A DNA stretch of 64,000 nucleotides from Gonapodya sp. JEL0774 (GCA_027604505.1 JADIIX010000001.1:434001-498000), one strand, 5' to 3'. Counted from the stretch's first letter, positions 16,333 through 30,900 are shown. Numbers and translations: made by a program. Notes: a model not told the origin generated them from the sequence alone.

Positions 16333-19300
16333 ATGGGTTCAGTCTCGCCAGGGCCACTGTCATTTTTCATCTACGGCTTTATTGCATCTGCAGTTTCTTA
16401 CCGTCTGTTTACAATCTTATCGTCGGCAAAGGCGGTCGTATCAGCGCCTACGGGGGGAGATGATGTTCCTCAAGTGGACGGCAGCGACACTTCAGATCCA
16501 GTGAACGAGAGACCCGAGGATGGTGCGCAAATAGTCTCACGCAAAGCAATCAATTGAATCGAATGCATTCTTACGACGATTTCCTGATGTCACTTAAAGT
16601 TTTATCAATCGAATCACTTGCGGAGCTAGTTGACCACCACAACGTGATTGTGCAAGAATCTGTGACGCAGATCCTCCTCGATCGTGCAGCGTCTCCTGAA
16701 ACACTGCCTGAAGTTGTAGCTGCGTGTTGTGAGGCAGATGCTGACCTCCGTGAAACAGCGGTGAACTGTGTTGCCCTGCTTGCAAAAATTGGTAAGAACT
16801 CCTTCATGGCTCAACATGTACAGTGGTACCAGCATGTATTCGACCTGGAGATCTTAAATCGCGGTGACATATTCCCTCATGGATCAGCATACCACGCCGG
16901 ATGATGTTACACTTTGGTTTTCTTGAATCATAGATCCTTGCCTTTTGTAGATTCGACCAAAACGCCTCTTGTCCGGCTAGGAGCTCTCCGTGTTTTGTGT
17001 GATGTTGTACGCAACCCCTCTGAGCGAGATGTCGTTCGTCGAGATGCTGTAATCGCGCTGTTCAAGCTTGTTGGGGGTGAAGGTATGTACATATTGATGG
17101 TCCTCTGCCGGCATTGAGCAGCTGTTCATCAACTTTGACGCATCCTGTAGAGGAGCGACGAGGGAGCTTAGTTCACCTCAACCTCCTTCCGTCTCTCCAC
17201 ATCATCTTGTCCTCCGATCCCTCCCATTCTAATGATTTGAAGTACTGGACGCTGCTGCTTGTTCATCAACTCTGTGTTTCAGGTACGGGGGTGCCATTGG
17301 TTCCACCTGATTGTGGTCTCTTCACATCCGTCACTTTACTCACCCATGCTTTCCATCTAATCTGCTTTGTACAGACTCTCTCCATCACGCACTTCTCGCC
17401 GGTGGTTTTGTTCCTTTGCTGGCCCGGAATGCGCGTCTTGCGTTTGGAAACACCAATACCCAAAAACTCTGCCTGCACGCAGTTGTTCGATTAGTGGGCC
17501 AGGTAGAGGGCAGTGGTAAGCGGAATCTTCCACATCACTAGTACTAGTAGAAGCTATATATAGAACATTGCCCTTACCTTTGTTCCAAGGTGCCACGTCT
17601 TTGGCTGATTCGGAGCTACGGAAACTACTGGAAATTGACATCGCAGCATTCATATCTTCTTGCCTCCGTAGTGGTGAGAACTTGCTTAAGATGCAAATAT
17701 TGGAGCTTGAAAACATTGATTTGTGTTCAGATGACGCGGAACTGGCTTACTGGGCTCTACGTCTCCTTTATGAGTTTGTTTACCGGGACATTCTTCGATC
17801 TCGTTTTGCGTTGCAGCGTGGCGTTTTGCCTGGGCTCACGCGCATGCTATCTACGGGAGAGGCACCAGCAATCAGAGTTGCACTGCGAACTGCAAAATGG
17901 CTTAGCACGGGGAATGGTGAGCCGTTGGAAGAACATTCGCTACTTCGATTATAGCACAAGTTTCTTCAAACTCTATTCCAGAGGAATTCCAGCGGCAAGC
18001 ATTGGCTGCGGGAATTGTCCGCAAACTCACGGACTACCTTCGATCAGATGATGAAGAGACAATGACTTTAGCGTTAGCCTTGGTTCACACGCTTGCCGAA
18101 AATGGTACGTGATTTCTTGGCGCTTTTCGGAAGATATCCAGTGTCCGAGTATACTATCTTTCTTCATATGACCACGTCAAACTCCGATCTAGTGGATTCA
18201 CACAGTGAATTGTTCGATTCGGGGTGTGTGCGTCGCTTGGTAGAACTCGCACCATCTCTGCCCGTTGCACTGGCACTCTACGTCGCGGACGTGTTTGTTT
18301 TCCTCTGTGGCTCTTCAGCCAATGCACCAGGAGTGCTTGGGGATGGGGTTGTCGCAACAGTGCTCGGATTTTGCAAGGTACTGTTGGGTGTGACTTCCAC
18401 ACTCTCACCTGATTCCACGCTCTCTCTCCCGTCTATTTGCTTCATAGTCTTCAGAACCAGATCTTCAATATGGTGGTGTGGCAATGTTGCTCAACCTTTC
18501 AGCAGTATGTGACTCGAAGGAAGGTTTTGTGGGCATTCATGGTTACCAGACCTGTCTCCCCCACCAAAGATTGCAGACGACACACTTATCCTCGAGATCA
18601 TTAGCTCTGGTGGCGTGACTGAACTTCAACGGCTCATTTTATCGGACTATGCCAGGAGGAATGTGCGGCAGGTTGCTGGTAAAGCACTGGTAACAATGTC
18701 GTCGAGAGGTGCATGCTATTGGTTGCTTTGTCGGGATACATATTGGGAGACTCACACTCCAGCTACCAATAGATGCCGGTCCATTCAGAAGCGTCATTCT
18801 TAGCAGCGTATTCAAGCCATTGTGCACCAAAGTGGGTGTCCCCGTTGTGGTGAAACCTCTTGCTATTCTACCTTCACATCACCCCTCCAGATAATTCTCA
18901 CAGCTGCACAGTGTATCCGACTAATTTTCCCTCCAGAAAACCCCCCGAAAGTCACATCACAGCGAGAATTCAATTCGATCGGCGCGACCACCCCGCCATC
19001 TCCATCTGCAATTAGGGATTCCACTCTTCGACGCATTAGTGACACAGAAGCACGACCCGGCGACTTCTCCTCTCAACTCTCGAAACTGGCCCGCAAACCG
19101 ATAAAGGCGTTCCTTCGATCCCGTCAACGAGCACAAGAGATTGTTCCAGAATGCGACAATCTTCTTGGAATGCTCTCCACCTTATCCGTACTCGCTAATA
19201 CTGCAGTTTTCGACAGTATACTTTTGGAGACAGACCCTCCCACTTCAATAGGAGTTGAATCTGTTCTCGGTGACACTCTTGCGGATATCGGAAGCTCGAT

Positions 19301-21986
19301 GTTGGACTTGGTAGTCCTTCCTCTTGTCGATAAGGACACCGCTCATGCAGCAGGAATTAGCGTAGTCGGTTTTGAGGACGACGACGAAATACTTGACGAG
19401 CAAGACATGACTTCGGCTGACCTTGGCCAAGAAGCACTGTTTGCGCAAAAGTGTGTTATCTTCGCATATCATTTTCTGTGTCGTCTCCATTAGCTTCTGC
19501 CGAGTTTCCAGCGTCAAGCCACCTAACACTGCTGCAAACCCCTCCACACGAGAGGTCACTCAAAAAAAACTCGCCCTTTCGACTCACGCCCTTGATGTTA
19601 TATCGCAACTCCTGAAGTATGGTGAGTTTCAAGTTGTAGATCGCAGTCTGCCGCAGGTTGGTTGAGTTTATGGAATTCTTCTCTGTCAGATACCTTTCGA
19701 AATTACGTGGTCAAAGAACGACTTTTTTCTCTGATTGCACCTTTTCTTGAACATCAAAATGATGAACTCTCTCGCGCAGCATTTGTTGCGTTGGCTTCAT
19801 GCATCGAAAAAGGTAGGTTGATTCCACATGTCGAGTGGGGAGACTAACTGAATCGTTTATGTTTTATTCACAGCTGAAAGCGCGAAGTGGGAAGCATTGC
19901 AGGTTGTATGAGGGTCATGCTGGATGAATGCCTCCTGTGTCACCTTACTTTCTCATCTTCTGCAGCACCCCCGAATCGTACCGGCCGCATGGTCGGCACA
20001 TCTGAGCCGGCTCCCGCTGAACTTCTTTGCGAATTTATTTCTCGAGAATGCTTTTGATTTCTCTCTAACAGACGGCGTGGATTATGTTCAGTTGAATTGC
20101 TGGGACAAGACCTATGCCTTACTTGTCTCTCGTGATCATTTGGAGGTCAGTTTCATATCTGATCTTCCGGTTGATGTGGGTCTGACAGTTCACGCAGGTC
20201 CGCAATGAATCTTGGACTTTTGAATCCATCAGAGCAACACATGGCGTGTCAGGATCGGGCCGGTTCGCTTTTGAAGTGGAGCTTCGCACGGACGGAATCA
20301 TACAAATCGGGTGGGCAACCAAAGATTGTCGTTACGATCCAGAAGCCGGGAATGGGGTTGGCGGTAAGAGAATGGACCTACATATTCTCACTCCAAGAGT
20401 CCCCATGAAAAAGGTACATTTTTCTTAGACAACCAAGAGTCGTACTCCTATGACGGTTACCGCAAGCAAAAGTGGCACGGCAATTCGACCCGAAATGTAG
20501 GCGAATCGCGTCAGGCTTAAATGCAGTCTACAGTGACGACATTTGGTATTGTGCAGAATGCTTATGGAGAAGCCTGGTCTGTTGGAGATTTCATAACGTG
20601 CCAATTGAATCTAAATGATGGGACAATCTCGTATCTGCAGAATGGTCGATTTTTGGGTTCGTTATTGGAACCTGAACCTCTCGTTGTCGCACTTTCACGA
20701 ATCGCTTTTAGGTGTTGCATTCGAGAACGTCGACAGTAGTAAACTTTGGTGGCCTGCCGTATCCATGGCAGGAAACCAGCAATGTCGGGTAAATTTTGGT
20801 GATAAACTTACCCCTTTCCGGTACGAACACTGAATGGGGGTTGATGAGGTGAACCTCAGTGTGAAATTCTCTGTATCTGTCGCAGATACACCTCCAAATT
20901 GTACCGCTCGATCCCCACGTATTTTGATCCTCCAACCGAAGGACAAATGACGTTTGTCGCTGGTAACGACTCTCCGATCTCGATTTCAGCACTAGAAGTT
21001 CCAATCACCAACGGAGACGCAGACGAACATGACACGTCAGATATCGTGGAACCATTTTGCCCCATCAAATGGGATTTGAGAGACATTGTCATGGCTTATG
21101 AAGTGCAGGTTGCACTGGGGATCCGTACGGAATCCAGGTATGCTTGTTGTCATTAATGCAGGCACACTGAAGTTCTGAGCGATAGAACTCTATAGGTGCT
21201 GTGTGATAGGTCTTGTTGATCGGATCACGCGTCACGCCATGCTGCTTGTTCAGTACCGAAATATAATTTGGGGGATTGTCTGTGAAGCTCCAGTTGATGA
21301 GGGTACAGAGTCTGCTCTTCGAAAAAAGTTGGATTCGTTGGTTTGCAGTAGGTCTTCATTGCCCGAACAGAACGAAAACCACACATAGCGTCTTGTCATT
21401 TGTCTCAGCAGCTACCCTAAGCGAATCTGGCGTACTCTCAGATGAACTCGATATTGATAGCAAAGAGCCTACATTAGAATCAGCACCACTGAACAGCACA
21501 TCGGACAAGCCTTTCAGGAACTTGGAGACATCATTGATACTTTCTGTAGGTGCTCACTCGCACACTTCCGACCCTTGGCAACATCCTACAGCGTCATTTC
21601 TTGGATTCAAGACAACCGAAGGTATCGCCCATAAATCTCAAACGCCCGAGAATGCGACCCCTGACGTACGCTTTCACTGCTTTGCTCACATTTCGGGCCA
21701 CCTTCACGATGCTGACAGGATTGGAGTGGTGCTTGTCTCCACCAACAGTCAACTGGACAGTGAAACTGGGGAGCTCATATTCTTGGTCAATGGAAAGCCC
21801 TTGCTGGGACTGCTTCCTTTCACCAGTAGTGAATATGGGATGGGAATTCATGCGCGCAGACTAATTCCATATACAGTTGGCTTCGAAAAGTTGGTGTGGA
21901 ACTTTGGTAGGAGTCCAATTACTGGAGTGGAAACAACCGGAGTCGCTGAAAGAACTCTACACCATCTACGTGCGGCTTATCCATAG
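16333..21986 (+). CDS. N-terminal hydrophobic segment + armadillo-like repeats + SPRY domain (RSPRY1/RNF123-type SPRY)
   Basis: Many helical ARM-like exons, then spliced LEVRNESWTFESIRATHGVSGSGRFAFEVELRTDGIIQIGWATKDC..GNGVGDNQESYSYDGYRKQKWH...GDFITCQLNLNDGTISY..WWPAVS..CRVNFG. Exon boundaries only partly resolved. Confidence 0.75.
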
Positions 21987-22080
21987 ATAATTATGAGAAG
22001 CATTGTGATTCGAAGAGCCATTTTTGAATTAGGGTTGAGCCTTTCCAACCTCAGCCCGCTTGTGCCGAATACCGCATTCA

Positions 22081-25000
22081 ATGTCCAATTCCAATGTGGC
22101 CCAAGGAAGCAACGCGACCGTATCAGTTCCTGTGTCGTCAAAGGTATCGGGATATTTCAGTGCGCTGAAAGTTGCAGCGAGTGGCCCGACGGTCAAACAG
22201 TTGCAGGACGAAATTTCTCATCTCAAACAGGAGGTGAGCTTCACAACACGTGGCCAATCTTTCCAATATCCGTGTAACACTTTTGGTATATGTGATTGTA
22301 TAGCTGGATATTGCGCTTGAGTTTAAGGGGCAGAATGCAGCGTTACGGGACAATATTCACGTTCTTGCAGCTTCCGCAGACAAGGAGAAAGCAGAGTTGA
22401 TGGAGAAACTTCGGGCTGCAGAAGAGGAAATTGATAGTTTAAGGAATCGCGGATCATCGATCTCACAAGCGGCTGTACAAAAAGAGGAATGCGTGGATTT
22501 GCCCCTCCCATTACAGCACGATATGCAGCAAACGACACAACCGGATCCATCAAATCGGGGAAAACTGGAAGACGACGAGGCGGCAGCAAGGATGATGGAG
22601 CTGGAGGCTCAACATGAATCCTTGCGGCGAGAAGCTGATGGATACCGCAGTATTATTGAAGACCTTCGGAGGACTGCAGAGCAACGAGAGAGAACTTTGG
22701 AAGCTCGTCTGACAGCAGAAACTAGTTTGACTGTGCAGCTGAAATCTCGCGTAGCAGAACTCGAAAGTGCTGTAGCGATACGAAATGGCGGAACTGACAG
22801 GGTGTCGGGAGACGTGGATTCGCTTCCAAAAGATGTACCTCTTTGCGAGGACACTGTTGCCGATGAAAGTTCCCCCGAAAACTTACTCAGACAAGAATAT
22901 TCTTCCTCCAAAACTGATGAATGTAGTGCGCTTCGCCAGAGAATTGCTGAATTGGAGATCGAAAGAGACTCAATCTCCCGGGGACGCAACGGACTTGCAG
23001 TGGATCCAACCGAGAGAAGCGCTCAGACGTCCGGCGGGACTTCCAAGGAGACCTCTTTGACGATGGACAGGAACATTAATCAGTCAACTTCTATAACGGA
23101 CAACGATAACGGTCCACGGCCAAATAGACCTGTGACTGTGCTGCCTCGTCAAGAAGAAGAGCGAAGTTTGTCTGCCAAGGACGCAATCGCACTACCGGAC
23201 GGCGTTGAACACACGGAGTCAGGGCCCTCACCAGCTGATGGACTTCAAAAGGAGCTCTTTCCGATTAAATTGAGCCTCGAAAGTACAAATGTAGAACTGA
23301 GTGTGTCGCATGGCCAGATGGAAGTGCAAACAAAAGAACTAATGGACGCGAGGGCAGAGCTAAGTCGCGTCTCTGGTCTCAAAGAACGATTATCCAAATT
23401 GGAAGCCTTGTTCGGAGAAGCCCAAGAAGCTTTAGCTTCGCGGGAAGCGGCGCTGCATTTATCTCAATCTGAAGTAGGGCGCCTCACCAAAGCGCTTGCT
23501 GCAGCCCACGATTTGGCTTCAGGAGCTAACACCTCAGAAGAGGAAGCTGGAAGGGCACCAGGAGCGAACACCTCAGAAGAGGAAGCTGGAAGGGCACTTT
23601 TATTGAAAAATGATGAGGATGAGCATGTAAAACTGGTCAGCGAGTCCAAGGCGGCACAAGAGGAGATCACACGGTTTCGAGAGAAATTCAATTCGGAGCA
23701 AGCATTTGGATGCGCCAATATTGAATTATCTACAAGAGTTGAGGAAGTTGAAGCGAAGCTGAAAGTTGCAGAACAGGCATTGAGGCAGGCTGATGAGGCC
23801 CACTCCCATGAAACTCGAGATTTAATCTCTAAACATGAATTAATGCGTGCTGAAAAGGATGCTGAAATCGAGAAGAAGAATTCAGCAGTGTCTCAGGTGA
23901 ACTTTGACACTATTATTAGGACAAACGGGAGCAAGTTACTGACAATTCCTTGACTGTAGCTTGAAACTGCTTTGGCGGCTGCGAAAGCAGATGCGAGAAA
24001 GATCCAATTACGTTTCGAGCAAACGAAAGAACAATCCGAGATCTTGGTGAACTCTCTACAGATGCAGATCAAGATACTGCAGGATTCTGCCACGGAATTA
24101 AACCAAAAGAGGTTAGTGGAACTTGAGGAGCTCGAAAGAAAATTTAAAGGTGAAAACCTTGATCTCGAGAAAAAGTTGAAAGCAGAGTCCGCAGAGAACG
24201 AGAAAAAGATCAGAATCGAGATGGAGAGCTTTTCGAAAAAAGCCATTCTGGAGTTGGAAGAGAGGGCAAAAAGAGAGCGCACCAAAGTTCAAGCAGACAT
24301 CGACAAGTACAAGAGGGATCTAGGGGCGTTGGAAATAGCAAAATCGGAATCTGCAAAGAAAGTTGCTATGGACCTTCAAAGCAAAAATGAAGAACTCTCC
24401 AAACTCCAACTCACTATCAAACAGCTTCAATCTGATGTGGTAGCAGCCAAAAGTGATGCGGAGAAACGTAAGGAGGAATGCAATGAGAAAATTAAGGAGG
24501 CGATGGCAAGTGGCAAAGAGCGACAGGTTGAGGCTGATGCTGCACGGGCGCAGCTGCAAGTATTGATTGAGGAGCTTGCGGGCCTTAGAGAGGAGCTCTC
24601 GGCATCGAATTCCAAACAGAGCCTTCTAGCAGCTGAACTCGATGTCTCTCGTCAGACCTCCGAGAGGGTTTCCAAGCAAGTTCTGGAACGTGAGGACACG
24701 ATCAAAAAACTTAAATCGAAGGTGGATGAGATTTCACGGGATGAACGGATCGCTCGAGAGAAGGCTGGTCGAATGGAAAAAGAAAAAGATGACTTTCTCG
24801 CAAAAGTTCATGAGCTAGAAGATAGAATACTTCTCCTTGAGACCCACAACACCGAAGTTTTGAAGGAGCGTGACGCACTGCAGGCACGTTGGAAAGAAAC
24901 GGAAGATGCCAGTGCTAGGTTCCGTGAAGAAAGCATTCAGATGAAGGCAAAACTCCATGAAGCTGAGAAAGAAATGAAACTGCTGGAAAAGAAAGGTGCA

Positions 25001-25679
25001 CAGATCGTGAAGGACTTGCAAAAGCAATTAATGAAGGAACGCCGAAACACTGGTGTAGCTTTTCACGAAGATAGTTTAGAATCACTGAGTAAGTCCCCTT
25101 GACATGTTTATCGGATTGCAAAACGGATGACTCCTGTTCGATCATCTAGCGGGCTCCCAAGAGCCCAAACCTCGCACATCCCTCGAAGTTCCACCCCTTC
25201 CCCGGCTGAGTGGTAGTCATTCATCACCACAGGCATTGCGTAGCTCCGATGATGGATCGGAGAACGATATCGCGCAACTGCGCGACAGATTGCGCCGAAA
25301 CGAAGAGGAGCTCGACAGAAAATCGAGAGTTCTGGCGCAATATGTCATGCGGGAACACGAAAGAGAGTTGACTACAGATTTATCCAAAGTCCAAAAAAGC
25401 GGACACGTGAGTTGTTGCATCCCAGACTCAGCGTGTGGGACTCTTCCAACACCTGAATTGTTTTAGTCTTTCAATTTGAACATTCTGAGCTCTGCATCAG
25501 CAATGCAGAAACAAGACCCTGCAATCTTGGCCCAAATAAACCTGAAGATGCAAAAAGTTTTGGAAGACTTGACTGTCAAACTTTCCCTGAAAGACGAAGA
25601 AATTCGAACTTTAGTAAACGCGAGGGGACATTCGGGACCTCCAACATCATTAACCATCAAAGGCGAATCAATATTATAG
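22081..25679 (+). CDS. long coiled-coil protein, GRIPAP1/CCDC186-like C-terminus
   Basis: Heptad-rich E/K/L exons. EKKGAQIVKDLQKQLMKERR, ELDRKSRVLAQYVMRE and QINLKMQKVLEDL resemble GRIPAP1/CCDC186 C-terminal blocks as recalled. Start is tentative. Confidence 0.7.
23520..23597 (+). repeat. in-frame 39-bp tandem duplication (2 copies, 1 mismatch)
   Basis: caggagctaacacctcagaagaggaagctggaagggcac followed by caggagcgaacacctcagaagaggaagctggaagggcac; encodes GANTSEEEAGRA twice. Confidence 0.95.
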
Positions 25680-25782
25680 GTCACAGAAGCTTATATGGAT
25701 CTTTAATTATTGAATTGCATTGGATAGGAAACTTTTTCGTGCAGTGGTGCGGACAAATAATCTAGTTTATTCATACAATCGA

Positions 25783-27875
25783 ATGATGAGAAGTTCTACC
25801 CAGCGAACTACCACATTCTTAGCGGCGATCGTCCTTGTTGTATTAATTGGACTCGTTCATGCGCTCTACGATGAAAACGACGACGTCAAGGTCGTTGGAG
25901 CGCGCAACTTTCAGGAAGAGGTTTTCGGAGATGAATCTGTGGTTCTCGCCGAGTTTTTCGCCCCTTGGTGCGGCCACTGTCAACGACTAGTGCCAGATTA
26001 CAAGAAGGCAGGTGCGGGGGCGTCTCCAGATCTTGTTATGCGCTCAGTTGGTCCTGATCCAACTCTTTATGCGCTGGCAATATAATATGGGAATCCCCAT
26101 GGCCAGCCAAGAGTCTGAAAGGTCTCGTAAAAGTTGTGGCAATCGACTGCAATGAAGAAGCTCATAAGGCAATCTGTGGAGCTCAGCAAATCAAAGGTGC
26201 GTTTGTTGTGAACGATGAGTTTCGTCACCAACCACTCACTCAATGTCTGTCAGGATTTCCAACAATCAAAGTGTTTGTGCCTCGTGTATCCAAGAAGGAT
26301 CCATCCTCTTTTACGAAGTCTGCCACTGGTATTTTGTCACGAACTTGATCGAACATTGAATTCCGCAGTGTTTACTCTCTCGATTGCAGACTACGAAGGA
26401 CAACGTTCGGCCAAGGTACGTCCGACCATCCTTGGAAAAGTCGATACTTCACATACCAGAAACATTACCTCTGAACATTCAGGCAATGGTGGACTTTGCA
26501 ATAAGCAACATTCCTAATTACGTGATTCCTATTTCCGGTTCGAAAAAAACCGCAAAGACGCTTCCGGACTTTTTGTCCTTGAACGGCACAGAGCTCGGTC
26601 ATGTTGTACTCCTCTCGAACAAGAAGGACACCCCGCCGCTTTACAAAGCTCTGGCGAACGAATTTCGCAACCGCCTTGTATTCGGAGAGCTCAAGGACAG
26701 TGACGCGGACGACTTGGTTGCTAAGTTGTCATTGAACAAAATTCCTGGAGTGGTTGTCTGGCCAGTTGGGCAGGATGAGCCATTGCTTTACTCCGGTGGG
26801 ATTGGGGTTATTGCCAGGCGGTGGTTGTGTGTTCACCAAGACCGCTACAATGTATTCAGGTTCTCTAAAGCACGATCCCCTTGCGGAATTTCTGGGGAAG
26901 TACGCAAAGGAGCGGCCTAAACGAAAGACAACTGGCTCTGGCCGGTCACCGAAAGGAAAAGCATCATCAAACCCAGAACCAGCAACTGCAACGCAAGAGC
27001 CACAGACGTGTACGTTGACCACCTGAGCGTATGGAGTTTTGAAGATTTTAAATGTTCATGGAGATCCTTACAGTTGACCCTGAAGTCCACGAAGTCCGCA
27101 CACAGGAAGAGCTCGACGCCACCTTCAGTAAAACGGGATTCTCGGTGATTGCCTTTATAGCTCTGGAGTCGGAATACCCTGAGTCCGTCGTCGCACACCG
27201 GGAAACGATTGACGTTTTGAAGAAGCAAAAATCCGTACTAAGCTCGAAGAACTCACTCTTCAGCTCCTTTGTCTGGTATGTACCTCTTGAATTTTTTCTT
27301 CCTCTTTTGTCTAGTGTCTAGTCGGAAGGATTTGTGACTGAGCAATTGCGTTCGTGCAGGATCAACGCGATCGAACATGGTCAGAAATTAATGCAGGACT
27401 TCGGTGTTTCGGACATGTTACCGAGCTTGATGGTGATGAATGCGAAGAAGAAGGTCTACAGACTGATGACCAATGCATTTGATGAAGCCGGGCTTACGGC
27501 GTTTTTCAAGGATGTGAGCCAGCAGAAAGGACGCTTCTACACTTTTGGGTTCACTCCCGTGAGTAGTCAAGAGTCCAGGTCTTGCCCTTGCTTCGTGGCC
27601 ATTCTGCTCAATCTCAATTATTTCAGCTTCTCGACAAGCCTGCGACGGTCCCTGCGTCAGTCGAGGATCGTGGCTCTGCACGATCTCCAGAATCGACAAC
27701 AGTTGTGGAAACGTTTACGGAGAACCATCCCGAGTCCGAAGCGCAAGCGCCACCAGCAACACAAGCGACTCCCGAACCCCCGACCCCATCAGTGTCCGAT
27801 ACAGGAGCGGATGAGGAAGATGAGAATATCCAATCATCGTCGAAACCTGCACCTCCTCCGAAAGAGGAACTTTAA
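25783..27875 (+). CDS. protein disulfide isomerase, MPD1/PDIA6-like
   Basis: Signal peptide, EFFAPWCGHCQRL, GFPTIKVF, DYEGQRSAKAMVDFA, inactive thioredoxin-like folds, C-terminal ER-retention signal KEEL*. Confidence 0.92.
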
Positions 27876-27969
27876 ATCCCGCTGTATATCGGCCTTTTTG
27901 AACCCCGAACATTTTGCATTCATGAACTCATGTATTGTTCGTGCTCTAAGAGGCAAATATGCCCGATCA

Positions 27970-30900
27970 AACGTGCCGGAAGGCGGCTGGCTAGTTTCCT
28001 GACTGTATATCCTGAGGTTCTAATCAGTCAGATCCACTGACCGCAACGATACCCGGGTCCAAAAAAAATATTTAGAACCAGTCCAAAGGTTGTCGAAATC
28101 GATGGTTGCTTACCTTCTCCGCTTGCCCAGGCCTTAACTAGTTGCACGGCGATTGCGTACCCGGGGCCGAGTACAAAATCTCCTTTCGATTCAAAGTTGA
28201 CCGTGTTAGACCAATCGTTTTTATGTGAGCTACCAAGAGCCTCTGGGGGTCAAGATAGGTTCGAGGAAAAGTGAACGTCAAAAAGTTCCACATCGAAGAA
28301 TTTGAAACGGGATTGAACATGAGAGCTCACCCAAAACCTCCTCTCTGGTAAACCATCTCGCATCTTCGAGTTCTTCTTCTTCGGGTTCAAACTTTTCGGT
28401 GAGAGCGATAGCGTGGCAACCTGCGTGAGGTGAAGTGGGCCAACGCGTTCTCACACATATGCAAGAAACCTGACAAGAAAGGGGAGGGAACTCGCCAATC
28501 ATGAGAGACGAGGGAAACGGCCTAGTATGTGCCATTTACGAGTGTAGTGGTAAGAGGTTCATCGCGCGGATTCATATTGCGAACAACGATCAATTGTTCA
28601 TCTCACCAGGGTTGTGTGGAATGGTACACAACCTTTCCCGCCACGATGCCCGTCTCTTCTTTCATCTCGCGGCGGACACAATCTTCAACAGATTCTGCCG
28701 GCTCCATGAATCCTAACACCAACCGGGGCACAGAATAAATACCGAACGATGTTACCCGCACATTCGAACATACCGGCGATACAGCTGTAGAACTTCGGGG
28801 GGAACCTTTTCTGACGTCCGAGAAAACAACGTTTGCCGTCTTGCGATACAATGCAGACGATGCAAACGGGCTGGCAGTCAGACGGTTGGAACACATCGAG
28901 CGGAGACAAGAAGTCCGAACGTCAAAAACGTTCCAAAACCCCACAATGTTTTCAGAGACTCACATCTGTCCTGGGGAACTGAAAATTTTGAATCCCCTTG
29001 TGTCCCAAACACGGTTCTTCTCCATCTTTAGCCTTGGGGCAAGACCGTTTAAAACCGGCGTCGTAAGATGCTGGTGCATGGGAAGGTGTTTGAAGACCGT
29101 GGATAACGCAAAATGGGGGACAACACCGTGACTGTTACAATAATGAAGTTAACCGAAGACAGACAGTACACGACCGACGCTCACCCGTCCGGCGGCCACA
29201 TGCAGGGCAAAACTGGTGCCTCAGATTCCAATCGAGAATAGAGAGTGCCTGACGACAGTTTAAGAGTGAGTTCATAGATTAGGAGGCCGAGTATGGTGGA
29301 CGCTTGGGAACTTGTACACTAGAGCACGAAGCTTGCTGTGTCCACCCATCTTGTCATATCTGCACTAACGTCAGCTTTCGACAACTTGACTGCCGATTCA
29401 AATCCGGTTCAAAGACTTCCGCACCAGCAAAGATCATTCCCGAGCACCAATGGTCGAACAACCCACCTCCGCGACGATCGCCGCTTCCTTCGTGGGCAGT
29501 TGGAAGACGCTCGGTCGAGCTGAGGCAAACTTAAGCCCCTGAGAGTCAAGTTCTACCCATGGTGGTTTCCGAGTTGCAAAGGAGGCGCACGTGGGATTGG
29601 GGAATTCTCAGTATGGGATGTGAATGGTGACACCACAAACCATTTGACCCACCCTTGGCATATTCTTCCTCACCACCAACACTCCCCACTGACCTCGGCC
29701 CCGTTGTGAAGTCAACTGCCACATACGCTCTTCCCCGACCTTCGGGGCCAACCGTGTCCTTCTCATCGCATCCCAGAAACACCCACAACCTTTTCGCATT
29801 TCCACCCTTCTCCGCCACTTCGAATGGTGGCGGATCAATGCTGAGAAACCGTTCCAAATCGGTGTGGGAGAGGTAGTGTAGGCGTACTGGGTCGCCCGGA
29901 TGGGCAGCTTTCACGCGGCAAAGGGGCGCGAGATTGGAAAAGAGAAGGTAACGCGTCGTTGGATGCGTAAGGGTGGTGGAGAGGTAGGGGAGGAGGGGTC
30001 GTTTTTCTGAGTGTCTGGAATGGTGTAAACAATTGGGGGCCGGAGAAGAGGGGTTTCGAGGGATGATGAGTCGGAGCGATGAATGCCATAATGGGGCATA
30101 AAGAACATCACCTCTTCAGTGGAGATCCTCCAAAAAAGTTTGCAATTGCAAGTGGAGAAGGTTTCGCGGTGGATTTCTAGGAGACACGAGGGATAAGGGT
30201 GAAGTGGCAGAACAGGACAGAGGAGGTGATGTGGTTACAGGAGCAGACATACGATCGTTTGAGGAATGACGAGAAGGCGAGGTTCTGCGACATACAGTTC
30301 CAGACAAACTTACAAGCTTCTCGTCGAAAAAATCACAGATTCCGAGGTGGGCCCTTGATGATGAGGGGACCGGCGATCAGATAGTCACAGAGGGTCGAAA
30401 AGGTGAGGATAACTGACTGAACAGCTGCAAATGGCTACCAACCAGAAGTAGGCGATGTCCCGAGGGGTGCGGCTAGATGGGAGTGATAAGCGGGTTTGGG
30501 AATAGCAGAGGAATCGATGGGTTCATTAAAACGATGACGATATTGGTGAGACTCTGACAACTTAGAGAGTCAAAATTCAAGCAAATCCCCCAGAGATAAG
30601 CAAAATTGTTTATGATCTCTCAGCCTCGCATCTTGGGCTCAAACACAACTTCCTAAAATGGACGCTGGCTGACTACCAGACCTAAGCGGCTCCCAGCGAC
30701 CTGACATTGCTCACTGTTGTGAAATATTGTTCATTTCGTCGCCGCAATTCGCTGGATGAGTCCACAGTAGTATGAACTGGCTTGTTCCCGGTCTCCCAGT
30801 GGCTCTGAGAGCTCGCAATTTGTTGAATTACGATCCTTCATCCATATTTCACCAGTTTCGATTTTGAACACGTTCTCCGCAAGAGTGACTCGGTTCGTGT

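Noticed and set aside
27900..28114. Peroxisomal PTS1 on the NUDT12 homologue
   Set aside because: Several 3' acceptors are possible. SRL/ARL tripeptides occur in one frame but are not followed by a stop, so a PTS1 cannot be supported.
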